DNA of 64,000 bases, from assembly GCA_965203355.1 (NCBI GenBank), contig OZ241889.1, positions 608,001 to 672,000 on the forward strand. The letters are read 5' to 3'. The notes under the pieces are model-generated. The model ran no database searches. It was not told the DNA's origin and saw only the letters and a list, made by a program, of their open reading frames with translations. Position 1 is the first letter of the stretch. Each line of letters opens with the position of its first letter. A program made the position numbers and the translations under genes. Origin of the DNA: Candidatus Latescibacterota bacterium. GTDB taxonomy: Bacteria; Latescibacterota; UBA2968; UBA8231. Shown here one piece after another: positions 29,818 through 40,106 of the stretch.

Positions 29818-30653
29818 GAAGCCGCCGGATGACGCGCTGCGCGTTCTCTCGCAAGCACCCCATCGCGCCTTTTAGCGTGTGCTTTAATACCCCACCTTGT
29901 CGCTTCTTGCTAGCAGCCCTAGTCTGGCTGGCCAATCCCCTGTGGGCGCAAGTCGATATCGAAAGCCTACGCCAAGACCACCAAGCGGGTTTTTTCGGTT
30001 CCGTGGCGATTGACCTGACGTTGCGGGCCGGCAATGTCGAGTTGTTCGAATGCGGCCCTGAGCTTTCCCTCAGTTACAGCCGCGGCGAGAACACGTTCAT
30101 TTTTATCAGCTCAGGCGACCTCGGCTGGGAGGGTAAGGAACGCTTTTCCAATGAAGCACTGGCGCATCTGCGCTACGTCCGAGCGCTGGGCGCACGGCTG
30201 CATGGAGAAGCCTTCGGACAAGTTAATTATGACCGATCCCGGCGCTTGGATTTTCGCGGCCTTGTCGGCGGCGGCATCCGCTGGGCACTCATCTCTCCGG
30301 GTGAGTCGTCTTTTTGGCTAGGCTCGTCGTTGATGTTTGAGCACGAACAAAACGAACTCACCGCGACAGACCGCCATGCGGCTCAAACCTCTCTTGTCCG
30401 CTGGAGCAACTACTTGTCGGCGGACATCAAGGTCGGCGAAGCAGCCCAGCTAGCGGGCACGGCTTACGTGCAGCCCGCGGTGCGGCAATTCGATGACTAT
30501 CGCGTTTTGTGGGACGTGGTCTTGAAAGTGTCTGTCACCAAAGCGCTATCCTCGACGACGTCCGTGGCATTCCAGCGCGATGGCGATCCGCCCAAGGGAG
30601 TGGCTGGAAGCGATTTTAGCCTAACAACGGGTTTAGCTCTCGATTGGAATTGA
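29814..30653 (+). CDS. DUF481 family outer-membrane beta-barrel protein
   Basis: AQVDIESLR, GNV, AHLRY, EAFGQVNYD, amphipathic strands ending LALDWN. Start uncertain. Confidence 0.7.
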   Translation: MRSRRMTRCAFSRKHPIAPFSVCFNTPPCRFLLAALVWLANPLWAQVDIESLRQDHQAGFFGSVAIDLTLRAGNVELFECGPELSLSYSRGENTFIFISSGDLGWEGKERFSNEALAHLRYVRALGARLHGEAFGQVNYDRSRRLDFRGLVGGGIRWALISPGESSFWLGSSLMFEHEQNELTATDRHAAQTSLVRWSNYLSADIKVGEAAQLAGTAYVQPAVRQFDDYRVLWDVVLKVSVTKALSSTTSVAFQRDGDPPKGVAGSDFSLTTGLALDWN

Positions 30654-30789
30654 ACGACGAAGTCGTCTGTGAGCTATGCAAAAATGGACTAGGTGCCGAC
30701 CGATTCCGCTCGCGTATCGTACGTCGTGGCACGACGAGAGAGCGAGTTGAAAAGCGACATAGGCCGGCCCATTGCCAACTGGAGGAATC

Positions 30790-31743
30790 ATGGCCCGATA
30801 TCTTGTGAGTCTATCTCTAATCGTCGCGTTGCTATGCGCCGCTAGTGCCCAAAATCCATCCGCCGATGATCCCTTTGCCTTCGCCCTGATTGGGGATATG
30901 CCATACTCTCCAACCGACAGCGTTCGCTTTGGTCGGCTCGTCGAGGACATTAACCGGGCTGAGGGCTTGGAGTGGGTCGTCCACGTGGGCGATATCAAGG
31001 GCGGCAGCAGCCCTTGTAGCGATGGCCTGCTACAGAGCCGCTTCGAGTGGTTCCAGCAGTTTGTACGCCCTTTCATTCTGGCTCCGGGCGACAACGATTG
31101 GACCGACTGTCACCGGAGTGGATACCAGCCGTTGGACCGGCTAGCGCACGTGCGGGCACTCTTTTTTTCGCGTCCGGGTTGGACTCTAGGCCAGCAACCC
31201 ATGCGCGTCGGCACCCAAGGCGGGCCCTTCCCCGAGCACGTGCGCTGGACCCACGGGCGGACGAGCTTTGCCGTGCTGCACATTGTCGGCAGTCGCAACG
31301 GCACCGCCGCGTTTGACGGTCGCACCCAAGCCGACGACGACGAGGTCAAACGCCGCACCGCTGCCGCCCTTGCCTCAATGCGCGAAACATTCGCCCAAGC
31401 CGTAGAACAAGACCATTCCGCGGTCTTCCTCATCGTCCACGCCAATCCGCGCTTTGAGGAGCGAGAAAACGAACCAGACGGGCCGTACGCGGCTTTTTTG
31501 CAGGCCCTAGAGCAAGAAGTGGTCCGCTTTAACAAGCCGGTAGCCCTAGCCCACGGCGACTCCCACTATTTCCGCGTCGACAAGCCACTGCGCCAAGCGG
31601 CCACGGGCCAACGCTTGGTGCGCTTCACGCGCATCGAACCCTTTGGCACGCCCGAAATCCACTGGCTGCGGGTAATCGTCGATCCAGCCGACCGCCATGT
31701 TTTTCAGGTTCACGCCGAAATCGTCGAAGCTAATCTCGACTGA
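30790..31743 (+). CDS. Secreted metallophosphoesterase
   Basis: IGDMPY, HVGDIK, PGDNDWTDC, HGDSH. GGAGG RBS and signal peptide. Confidence 0.85.
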   Translation: MARYLVSLSLIVALLCAASAQNPSADDPFAFALIGDMPYSPTDSVRFGRLVEDINRAEGLEWVVHVGDIKGGSSPCSDGLLQSRFEWFQQFVRPFILAPGDNDWTDCHRSGYQPLDRLAHVRALFFSRPGWTLGQQPMRVGTQGGPFPEHVRWTHGRTSFAVLHIVGSRNGTAAFDGRTQADDDEVKRRTAAALASMRETFAQAVEQDHSAVFLIVHANPRFEERENEPDGPYAAFLQALEQEVVRFNKPVALAHGDSHYFRVDKPLRQAATGQRLVRFTRIEPFGTPEIHWLRVIVDPADRHVFQVHAEIVEANLD

Positions 31744-31809
31744 GCCTAGACCTGTCGCGTCAAAATTTTTACGGGATGTCGGTGATTTCCGAAAAGGGTC
31801 CGTGCGTTT

Positions 31810-34785
31810 TTATCGCGCCCCCTCGCGGTTCCTCCGGCGCATCCACGGAGGAGCGGCACTGGAGTCTGCGTCCGTCTCCCCGGCGGCGGCTTCATAGTGT
31901 TCCCTGAGCAACTTTTCGAGGGCCTCAGAGGTATTTATAAAATTGGCCCACCCATAAGGCGGAACGTCAAAACGCCGATCTCCCAACAGAGGATCAGCAC
32001 CCCGCGCCAAGAGCAACTCGGCGATCGCTAGCTGATCGGCCATGACGGTTTTGTGCAGGGGCGTACTACCGCGGTCAAACCGACTAAACCCACTGGCATA
32101 TCCGTTGGCATCTGCGCCGCGATCCAGCAAAAACTCCGCCGCTTCCAACGCGCCGCAATAGGCCGCAAAATTGAGCGCTTCCACCGCGATCTGCTCGGCG
32201 GTGAGCACGGTATCCGGGTCGGGATGGTACAGATGGCTGACTCCCTCTTTTAGCTGGCCATCGGAGTCGAAGAACTCGGCCATCAGGTCGACGCGGTTGA
32301 CCGCAGCGGCAAAGCGCAAATCTACGGCCGCCCCCTCGGCGACCAACATGCGCGCCAATGCTAGATTCCGCTCCCTAAGTGCGTTCCATAAGATCTGGCC
32401 TCGATTGCGGTTCACATCCACGCCGTTGGTCACTAGGAGCCGGATCATTTCTGGCTTGCTCTCGGTCCATTCAAGCGGATCGCTTTCTATGAACATCTCC
32501 AGTACGCTGATCGAATCGTACGTGGCGGCGTTGGGGTCGGCACCGGCTGAGATCAGGGCCGCGGCTAGTTCAACCGCGTTTTCGGGCAGCGGCACTCGTT
32601 GCGGCTCGCCAGCGAGGTGGTGCAAGAGCGTGGCCCCGCGAAAGTCCGGGTATTCGTAGTATTTGTCGAAATAGCCGCGCGCCATCGATAGCTCGGGGTA
32701 CTCGGCGAGCAGTTGCTGGAGCCTCTCGCTGTCTCCAGCATCAAGGGCTTCTACGGCCTCGTAAAAGGCTTTGTGGTCGGCGTCGCTGCGGTCGCGGCCT
32801 TGGGGCGGTAGTTCTTCGCCCTCGTGCGGAATGGCCAACGCCACCAGCTCGGGCGGACGCCCGGAGCGCCCCACCGGCACGACCACGTATTGGCGACCGC
32901 CAGCCGTATAGCTCATCGGCGCACCATAGGCATTGCGGGGCAATTCGACGCGCCCCATCTCCTCGCCCGACGCCAAATCGTACGCGCGCAGATACGCATC
33001 GCGATCGACGAAGTAATCCTCGCCCGCGTCCGCCAAGCCGTGCGGATCCTCAGAAGTAGCTAAAAGCAGATTGGGCGTGGCCAAGACGAAGGTGCGGTTG
33101 CTCCAGCCCATATCCGGCAGGTCGAGGCCCTTGAGCGCCGGGTGATCGACCGGCCCCTTGCCCACGGCCGTCCGCCACAGATGCTCGCCGCTGTTGAGGT
33201 CAATGGCGGTGATGCTGCCATACGGCGGCTTGACCAGCGGCAAACCACGCGGGCCGAGGATCTGCCGACCAGCACTGGCAGAAAACGCCGAATAAGCCTC
33301 CAGGTCGCGCACTGGCCGTAGCTCCACGTTGGTGATGATCATGTGCGACGGCACGTAGAGCACGCCCGTGCGCGGATCCGCCGCACCCCCGGCCCAGTCG
33401 GCACCGCCGACTTGGCCGGGAACCGACAAAACGCCTTTTTCCGTCGGCGGCGTGTACAGCGGGCCGTAGTCGTACCGGGCGAGCATGGCCTGGGCTTCCT
33501 CGCGCAACGCCGGCGTGAAATCAATCAGATCGTCTTCCGTCAGACCTTGGCGTTCAAAGGGAGCCGGCCGGGTCGGAAAAGGCTGCGTCGGCGAAGTCTT
33601 TTCGCCTATCACTTGCGACTGCGGCACCGGCTTTTCCTCAATCGGCCAGATCGGCGCGCCGGTCACCCGGTCAAAGACAAAGCAAAACGCCTGCTTCGTA
33701 AGCTGCGCGACAATCTGGCGCGGCTGGCCATCGACGACCACGTCCAACAGCAGGGGAGCGGCCGCCGGGTCGTAGTCCCACAGGCCGTGATGGACCAATT
33801 GATAGTGCCACACCCGCTCGCCGGTCTCGGCTTGCAGGCAGACGACCGACTCGCTGAACAGGTTGTCGCCGGGCCGCTCGCCGCCGTAGTAGTCGTGGCT
33901 GGCCGTGCTCACCGGCAGGTAGAAATAGCCCAATTCCTCGTCGGCCGTCATCGTCGCCCAGACGTTGGCCGCGCCGTAGGTTTTCCACGCCTCGTTTTCC
34001 CACGTCTCGTTGCCGTCTTCGCCCGCCTGCGGGATCGTGTGGAACTCCCACACCTTTTCGCCGGTGCGCACGTCAAAAGCCTGCACGTCGCCAGGGGGGA
34101 CGTACTCGGGCGGCGGCCTGAAGCGCACATCCATGATCGCCGAGCCAACGGCGACCACGTTGCGACAGACTACGGGCGGAGCCGTAACCCCGTAGCCCCT
34201 GCGCTCCTCTTCACTCAGCGGGCGACGCAGCAGGCTCCCCAAATCAACGCGCCCATCTTCGCCAAAATTCGGATCGGGCCGGCCGGTCTTCGCGTCGATG
34301 GAATACAGATAGGCGGTTGATGTCGCCAAAAACACCCGCTCGACCTCGCCATCGGTCCAATAGCTCACCCCGCGCGAATTGCCCAAGAAAGTAGAACCGG
34401 TCCGCCAAGCCTCCGGGTCGAACGCCCAAAGTTCCTCGCCGCTTTGGCCGTCGACAGCCGAGAGGACGTTGTATGGCGAGCCATAGTAGAGCACACCATT
34501 GACGGCGAGTGGCGTACCCCGGTTGTTGTCGAAGCGGAGCCCGCCGCGCCGACCGCGACCCCGTTCTCGGCTTCGGTTAGCTCTCGCGGTCTCGTAGATC
34601 TGCACGTCCCGGGGCCGGTAGCGCCAAACCACGCGCAACTGATCGAAATTGTCGCGGTTGATCTGGTCGGCGGGGGTGTAGCGGGTGCCGCCCCGATCGG
34701 ATCCGTAGTACGGCCAATCGACATCGTCGGCAAACGCCGAGAGTGCTATCAACAGCGACAAGAGTATGCAAGCGCGTTTATTCAT
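31810..34785 (-). CDS. PQQ-dependent glucose/quinate dehydrogenase-like protein fused to C-terminal ankyrin repeats
   Basis: WPYYG..GGTRYTP.DQIN, TPLAVNG, HHGLWDYD, PTQPFPT, PPYGSITAIDL, then GATLLH, GADPNA, GSTPLH..LLARGADP. Confidence 0.9.
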   Translation of the reverse strand: MNKRACILLSLLIALSAFADDVDWPYYGSDRGGTRYTPADQINRDNFDQLRVVWRYRPRDVQIYETARANRSRERGRGRRGGLRFDNNRGTPLAVNGVLYYGSPYNVLSAVDGQSGEELWAFDPEAWRTGSTFLGNSRGVSYWTDGEVERVFLATSTAYLYSIDAKTGRPDPNFGEDGRVDLGSLLRRPLSEEERRGYGVTAPPVVCRNVVAVGSAIMDVRFRPPPEYVPPGDVQAFDVRTGEKVWEFHTIPQAGEDGNETWENEAWKTYGAANVWATMTADEELGYFYLPVSTASHDYYGGERPGDNLFSESVVCLQAETGERVWHYQLVHHGLWDYDPAAAPLLLDVVVDGQPRQIVAQLTKQAFCFVFDRVTGAPIWPIEEKPVPQSQVIGEKTSPTQPFPTRPAPFERQGLTEDDLIDFTPALREEAQAMLARYDYGPLYTPPTEKGVLSVPGQVGGADWAGGAADPRTGVLYVPSHMIITNVELRPVRDLEAYSAFSASAGRQILGPRGLPLVKPPYGSITAIDLNSGEHLWRTAVGKGPVDHPALKGLDLPDMGWSNRTFVLATPNLLLATSEDPHGLADAGEDYFVDRDAYLRAYDLASGEEMGRVELPRNAYGAPMSYTAGGRQYVVVPVGRSGRPPELVALAIPHEGEELPPQGRDRSDADHKAFYEAVEALDAGDSERLQQLLAEYPELSMARGYFDKYYEYPDFRGATLLHHLAGEPQRVPLPENAVELAAALISAGADPNAATYDSISVLEMFIESDPLEWTESKPEMIRLLVTNGVDVNRNRGQILWNALRERNLALARMLVAEGAAVDLRFAAAVNRVDLMAEFFDSDGQLKEGVSHLYHPDPDTVLTAEQIAVEALNFAAYCGALEAAEFLLDRGADANGYASGFSRFDRGSTPLHKTVMADQLAIAELLLARGADPLLGDRRFDVPPYGWANFINTSEALEKLLREHYEAAAGETDADSSAAPPWMRRRNREGAR

Positions 34786-34866
34786 TGAAGTTCTCCCAAT
34801 TCCGTGGTTGATGCCGTTTCAAGGACTTCGTGCATGGCGTCGTTGGCGTCGTAGCAGCCCACGCTA

Positions 34867-34905
34867 CGGCTAATTAGACACGCTATCGCCGCGATTCATT
34901 CCCGC
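34867..34905 (-). promoter_or_regulatory. 39-bp direct repeat copy 1, ECF-sigma-like promoter
   Basis: Identical to 40107-40145. Minus strand reads GGAATG-N17-GTCTAA upstream of the dehydrogenase. Confidence 0.6.
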
Positions 34906-35015
34906 GCATAGCGTTTCCGTCGGGGCCCTATTCGCTCGACTCCGCGGGCGACAGCGACCTCATAATGCTCTTTGAGCAGCTCGTCTAGGGCCTTAGAAGC
35001 GTTTTTAAAATTGTT
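34896..35015 (-). pseudogene. 3'-end relic of a paralog of the PQQ-ankyrin gene
   Basis: NFKNASKALDELLKEHYE aligns with NFINTSEALEKLLREHYE encoded at about 31890-31945. Confidence 0.7.
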
Positions 35016-35295
35016 CTTATTGTTTTTTGAGTTAAAAAAAGAACCTAGTAGCAATGGAGTCTCGCCCGCGGAAAACGCCCGATCTAGGAACCGCTCGACG
35101 GCCCGTTGAAGTAATCCGAAAAACGATCGCACTTCCTGTTTCTTCATTCATCCGAAAGCTCGTTGGATGTTTTGTTGTGGGATGCGAAAACTGCGGGGAA
35201 TTCCTCCAGTCTGACCCGCAAAAGGTAGCTCCCTTCCACGCGGCAATAGACTTCAAACTGACGCACTACCTTTCGTCGCAATATCCTCGGCAAAC

Positions 35296-36039
35296 TCACC
35301 GGTACTGATCCAAGTTCCCCTTGTACTCCAAACCCAGCACTTCTCGGCCCCGCGCCGTATTGCAGGTAGCGTCGGCTTCAGGCATGCCGACCACGTGCAA
35401 TACGTCAAACTCGACCTCGTCCCTTTCTAAGGCCAGTCGGCAGGCTTCGGCCAAATCGTGGCGACAGACCAAGCCGTTGCGGATGTTCTGCAGTGGTTCC
35501 CGGCTTTTGCCAATCCCCAAACGCGAATCCACGATGTAGTCGGGCCGCAAGACTACGATCGGCAACCCAAAGGCTTCGTGGAACTGGCGGCATATTTCCT
35601 CCTGTAGTCGCTTGCACACCGCGTACAAGCTGCCGTCGGGCCGCCGCACTTCCGAGGAAAAGAAAATTCCCTCGGGATGCACGGTCTGGCACGAGCCGAT
35701 GTGAACTACTTTGCGGACGCCCAGATCTTGCGCCGCTTGCAGGACGTTCCACAGGCCCTTGAGATTGATGAGGAAGGGTTTGTCGTCGTTGGGATCGCCG
35801 ACAAAGTAAACCGCGGTGTGAATGACGCCATCCGCGCCGCTGATGGCTTGCTCCACCGCGAGGTAATCGGCTATATCGCCGTGGACCACTTCGCCACCAC
35901 TCCAATCGCCGTCTATGTCGCGATACGCCTCCCAAGCTCGGGGACCGTAGTCAAAAGCGCGGATGGCGCGTTTGCCAGCCAAGTTTTGCAAGATGGCGCG
36001 GCCCAGCCAACCGGCGGCACCGAAAACTACTGTTTTCAC
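35296..36039 (-). CDS. NAD-dependent epimerase/dehydratase
   Basis: GAAGWLG, HGDI, YAVCK (YxxxK), VLRP. Confidence 0.9.
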   Translation of the reverse strand: MKTVVFGAAGWLGRAILQNLAGKRAIRAFDYGPRAWEAYRDIDGDWSGGEVVHGDIADYLAVEQAISGADGVIHTAVYFVGDPNDDKPFLINLKGLWNVLQAAQDLGVRKVVHIGSCQTVHPEGIFFSSEVRRPDGSLYAVCKRLQEEICRQFHEAFGLPIVVLRPDYIVDSRLGIGKSREPLQNIRNGLVCRHDLAEACRLALERDEVEFDVLHVVGMPEADATCNTARGREVLGLEYKGNLDQYR

Positions 36040-36105
36040 GAGGGAATCCTTTCTCGAAACGCTCCAGCGCGTCGGCTTGGAATCGTCGCGTCATATCCGC
36101 AAACT

Positions 36106-37704
36106 TCACTCTACGACGAAGGTCGCACAGGTCTCTTGGCTCTCTTCGTATCCAATGCGGATCGCCCTGGCCCGCAAGGTGGTCGTCCCAGCTTCCATGC
36201 ACAGTGGCTCGGTGTAGAGGTTCCAATGCGGATCGTCGTCCACGGCGTACGCCATGGAAGCACCCTGAGTGGCGCAGTGGAGTTGTACCAGCAACGGCCC
36301 CCGGAATGTACCGCCTTCCAGCGTCGGCTCAGTCCCAAAGCTGTCGCCGCAGATGGGCACGCACACCGGCGGGGCTGTCTGCGGCTGTTGGCCATTGGGA
36401 TACCACTGCCGCATCATTTCGCTTTCCGTCATGCGGCCCATGTCGCCCACTTCTCGCAGCCATTCGTCCAAGGCTCTGCACAGGCGCTCCCGCTCTGGCT
36501 GGTACTGGGGATTGGCCGCCAAGTTGTTGATCTCGTGCGGATCGGCTTCGGTGTCGTACAGCTCTTCAACCGGCCTCGGATAGCGGAACATGGCCGATTG
36601 CGCCTCATCCAACTCGTCGGCCAAGTGCAAGCGCCACATTTCCTGCACAATGGGATGCCGATTGCGATAGGGGATCCACGCCAAGTAGGGGAGCTCTGGC
36701 CGATAATTGCGGATGTACTTAAAGCGGCGGTCGCGCACGGCCCGCACCATGTCGTACGCCTCGTCGTGCCGGTCGCGACTCGCATAGATGTACTCCCGCG
36801 GCGATTGGGCTTGGGGGCCCAAAAACGCGCAGCCCTGCATGTGGGCGAGCACGTCAAGCCCCGCGAGCGAGAGCATCGTAGGGCCTAGATCAACGGTGCT
36901 TACCAAGTCCTCACAGACCTGCCCGGCTTCCATACCGGGGCCGCGGACGATCAGGGGCACGTGAATGCCCGCGTCGTACGGCCAGCGTTTGCCGCGCGGC
37001 AGCGGGCCGTGATCGCTCCAGTGAAAGACGTACGTATTCTCGGACAAGCCGTCTTCGTCGAGCTGTTGTAGCAACTGGGCCAACTCTTGGTCGCTGTGCT
37101 CAATGTGCGTGTACATCCGCGCCATGGCTTGGCGCACTACGGGGGTATCGGGGAAATAGGGCGGCAGCGGAATGGCATCCGGGTCGAACGCTGGATTGGG
37201 ACATTTCTCGGGCCACATGCCGCTTTCGTGAGTGCGAGTGGGGTTGAAGACCGCAAAAAACGGCTGGTCTGGATCGGGACGGTCGCGCCAGTGAGCGTGC
37301 GGACCGAGCGCGTCCCAAGCTGTCAGCGGGGGGGTAAACTGATAATCGGTCTTGGCGTTGTTGGAGCAATAATACCCAGCCGCCCGCAGGTACTCCGTGA
37401 AGCACTTTACGTAGTGCGGCACAACGGCCGAATACGGCGTGGGCATTTCCGGTGTAGCGCGATTGGCGTGCGTCGTGCGCATGTGATGAGTGCCGATCGA
37501 GATCGCGTACATACCGGTGATGATCGCAGACCGGGCCGGGGCGCAGACGCCAGCGGTGGAGAAGCAGCGCGTCCAGCGGCAGCCCTCGGCAGCGAGCCGA
37601 TCCAACGTGGGCGTGCGCGCCACTGGATCGCCGTAGCATCCGTACCGAGGGTTAGTATCTTCAAATGAAATCCACAGAAAGTTGGGTTTGCGATCCCTAG
37701 CCAT
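36106..37704 (-). CDS. Sulfatase with C-terminal Fn3-associated-like domain
   Basis: PNFLWISFED, CAPARSAIITG (formylglycine motif), SDHG, EELYD...DPHE, ATQGASMAY...RAIRIGY. Confidence 0.95.
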   Translation of the reverse strand: MARDRKPNFLWISFEDTNPRYGCYGDPVARTPTLDRLAAEGCRWTRCFSTAGVCAPARSAIITGMYAISIGTHHMRTTHANRATPEMPTPYSAVVPHYVKCFTEYLRAAGYYCSNNAKTDYQFTPPLTAWDALGPHAHWRDRPDPDQPFFAVFNPTRTHESGMWPEKCPNPAFDPDAIPLPPYFPDTPVVRQAMARMYTHIEHSDQELAQLLQQLDEDGLSENTYVFHWSDHGPLPRGKRWPYDAGIHVPLIVRGPGMEAGQVCEDLVSTVDLGPTMLSLAGLDVLAHMQGCAFLGPQAQSPREYIYASRDRHDEAYDMVRAVRDRRFKYIRNYRPELPYLAWIPYRNRHPIVQEMWRLHLADELDEAQSAMFRYPRPVEELYDTEADPHEINNLAANPQYQPERERLCRALDEWLREVGDMGRMTESEMMRQWYPNGQQPQTAPPVCVPICGDSFGTEPTLEGGTFRGPLLVQLHCATQGASMAYAVDDDPHWNLYTEPLCMEAGTTTLRARAIRIGYEESQETCATFVVE

Positions 37705-37914
37705 GCGTTCCTTGCCTTACTTTTGCCAACAAAGCGATGATTCAAATCTCCTGCGTCGCGCTGAAAGTTGCAGCGAGATGCGGCGCACTGTCAAGCGCGG
37801 GATTCACTTACATCTCGCCCGCTTGCTCACTAGCGCGGGGTTGTTTTCGGCCTACTCGTTGCGCATAATATGCGCTACCAATTCTCACAAACAGACGACG
37901 CTAGAAAAATCGCC

Positions 37915-39024
37915 ATGAATGCCTATCGTCGCATAGAAGCACTGCTCAAAGAGGCCGACGTGCATATCGGTGGAGACCGGCCCTGGGACATAGCTGTCCA
38001 CGACGACCGCTTTTTCGCGCACGTATTGGGTCGCGGATCGCTGGGTGTCGGCGAGTCGTACGTGGAAGGGTGGTGGGACTGTCCGCAGCTAGACGAACTT
38101 TGCGCGCGGCTCTTGCGCACCCGACTGGACCTAAAGTCGCGCGGCCGGCATCTGCTTTTGCCCTATCTGAAGGCACGGCTACTCAACCTGCAAACGCCTG
38201 CCCGCTCCTTCCAGGTCGGCCAGCACCACTACGATATCGGCAACGACCTGTACCGGGCGATGCTCGACCAGCGCATGATCTATAGCTGCGGGTATTGGCG
38301 CAATGCCGCCAACTTAGATGAGGCCCAAGAGGCCAAGCTCGATTTGTGCTGCCGCAAGCTGGGGCTGGAGCCGGGGATGACCCTGCTCGACATCGGCTGC
38401 GGCTGGGGCGGCACCCTGCGGTTTGCAGTCCAGCGCTACGGCGTCAAAGGGGTGGGCGTCACGATCTCCAAAGAGCAGGCAAAACTGGCCGAGGAGATGT
38501 GTCGCGGGCTGTCGGTAGAGATTCGCTTGCAGGACTACCGCGCCTTAGACGAGCACTTTGACCGCATCTTGTCGATCGGCATGTTCGAGCACGTGGGCGT
38601 CAAGAACTATCCAACCTTTATGCAAACGGTCAAGCACTGCCTCGCACCAGATGGGCGCTTTTTACTGCACACCATAGGCCGCAGCACCTCGGCGACCAAT
38701 AGCGATCCGTGGATTGAACGCTATATTTTCCCCAACTCTATGCTGCCTTCGGCTAAGCAGATAACCACGGCCGCTGAGGGGCACTTCGTCTTGGAGGACT
38801 GGCACGCCTTTGGCCAGCATTACGACCGGACGCTGATGGCTTGGTATGCCAACTTCAACGCGGCTTGGAGCGAGCTCAAAGCCCACTACGGCGAGCCCTT
38901 CTACCGGATGTGGACGTTCTACTTGCTGTCTTCGGCCGGCTCCTTCCGCGCCCGGGCGAATCAACTCTGGCAAGTCCTCTTCTCCGCTAGGGGAATTGAA
39001 GGGTCCTACGAAGTGCCGCGGTGA
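37915..39024 (+). CDS. cfa: Cyclopropane-fatty-acyl-phospholipid synthase
   Basis: GSLGVGESY, HYDIGNDLY, YSCGYW, LDIGCGWG, SIGMFEHVG, YIFP. Confidence 0.95.
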   Translation: MNAYRRIEALLKEADVHIGGDRPWDIAVHDDRFFAHVLGRGSLGVGESYVEGWWDCPQLDELCARLLRTRLDLKSRGRHLLLPYLKARLLNLQTPARSFQVGQHHYDIGNDLYRAMLDQRMIYSCGYWRNAANLDEAQEAKLDLCCRKLGLEPGMTLLDIGCGWGGTLRFAVQRYGVKGVGVTISKEQAKLAEEMCRGLSVEIRLQDYRALDEHFDRILSIGMFEHVGVKNYPTFMQTVKHCLAPDGRFLLHTIGRSTSATNSDPWIERYIFPNSMLPSAKQITTAAEGHFVLEDWHAFGQHYDRTLMAWYANFNAAWSELKAHYGEPFYRMWTFYLLSSAGSFRARANQLWQVLFSARGIEGSYEVPR

Positions 39025-39062
39025 AAAATGCCGACACTGACAACGCATTCAGGAGGTCAATT

Positions 39063-39620
39063 TTGTCCGAGATAAAACACCTTTCCCTAGCAACGCTAAC
39101 CGCCGGGCTGGACGACATCCGTCAGTCGCCCCAAGCCGTCGGCGTATTGGAGCTGATCGTGCGACGGCCACAGACGGAGGCGCGTGAAGTCTTAGACGTG
39201 GGGGAACTCGATCCGGTCGAAGGGCTGGTAGGCGACAATTGGAAGCAGCGCGGCAGTTCGCAAACCGCCGATGGGTCGGCGCACCCAGACATGCAACTCA
39301 CGGTGACTAATGCCCGCTTGATGGCCCTAGTGGCCCAAGATAAGCGGCATTGGCCCCTAGCCGGAGATCAGCTATACATCGACTTCGACCTAAGCGTGGA
39401 TAACGCGCCGCCCGGGACTCGTCTGTCCCTAGGGGCGACCGTGATCCAAATCACCGAGCCGCCCCACACTGGCTGTAAAAAATATGCCGCGCGCTTTGGG
39501 TTAGACGCCCTGAAATTCATCAGTTCTCCAGTGGGCAAACAGCTTCAACTGCGCGGCGTCAACGCCAAGGTCATTCGCCCGGGCGCGATACAGGTTGGAG
39601 ACGTCGTGAAGAAGCTGTGA
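39063..39620 (+). CDS. MOSC domain protein
   Basis: GLVGDNW, LAGDQL, PHTGCKKY..RFG, LRGVNAKV. AGGAGG before TTG 39063. Confidence 0.85.
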   Translation: MSEIKHLSLATLTAGLDDIRQSPQAVGVLELIVRRPQTEAREVLDVGELDPVEGLVGDNWKQRGSSQTADGSAHPDMQLTVTNARLMALVAQDKRHWPLAGDQLYIDFDLSVDNAPPGTRLSLGATVIQITEPPHTGCKKYAARFGLDALKFISSPVGKQLQLRGVNAKVIRPGAIQVGDVVKKL

Positions 39621-39621
39621 G

Positions 39622-40071
39622 CTAAAACCCACCGCCGCCCGGACCGCCACCGGACTGCGGCCCACCGCGCTGGCTCGCCCTCTGCTGCTGTAGGTGCCCT
39701 TTTAAGGCTTCGACCTGCTCGGCACTTAACACCGTGGCGAGCGCGGCCATGACTTGCTCGCGCATTTTGCTCTGCTGATCGCGCATTTTCTCGCGCATCG
39801 CCCGAAAGTCGGTCTCGCCGCCGCGGCCGCTGAACATTGCCGCCATCATCTGCCGTTGCTCCACGTATAGAGGCCCGAGCACCGCCCGCAGTGCCAGTAG
39901 CTGCTTGTCGTTCACTTCGAACTTCTCTTCAAAGGCCAGTAGAACAAAAACCTGCTCCGGGGTCGCGCCACCGCCCATGCCACCACGCCTGTCTCCTCGC
40001 TGGGCTTCGAGTGCCACGGTGCTCGCCAAACAAATGGCGACGATCCATACGGCCTTCTTGCGAATGCACAT
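39622..40071 (-). CDS. Secreted helical protein (Spy/CpxP-like) with Gly-rich ends
   Basis: Signal peptide ending LEA-Q, helical Met/Arg/Gln-rich core, VLSAEQ (LTxxQ-like). AAGGAG RBS. Confidence 0.6.
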   Translation of the reverse strand: MCIRKKAVWIVAICLASTVALEAQRGDRRGGMGGGATPEQVFVLLAFEEKFEVNDKQLLALRAVLGPLYVEQRQMMAAMFSGRGGETDFRAMREKMRDQQSKMREQVMAALATVLSAEQVEALKGHLQQQRASQRGGPQSGGGPGGGGF

Positions 40072-40106
40072 CTCGATTCTCCTTGTAAGGTTTTTGCGGG
40101 ACACTG

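Noticed and set aside
34896-35147. 83-aa ORF as a real gene
   Set aside because: It joins an AT-rich stretch to a paralog tail and has no coherent domain, so it is treated as a relic.
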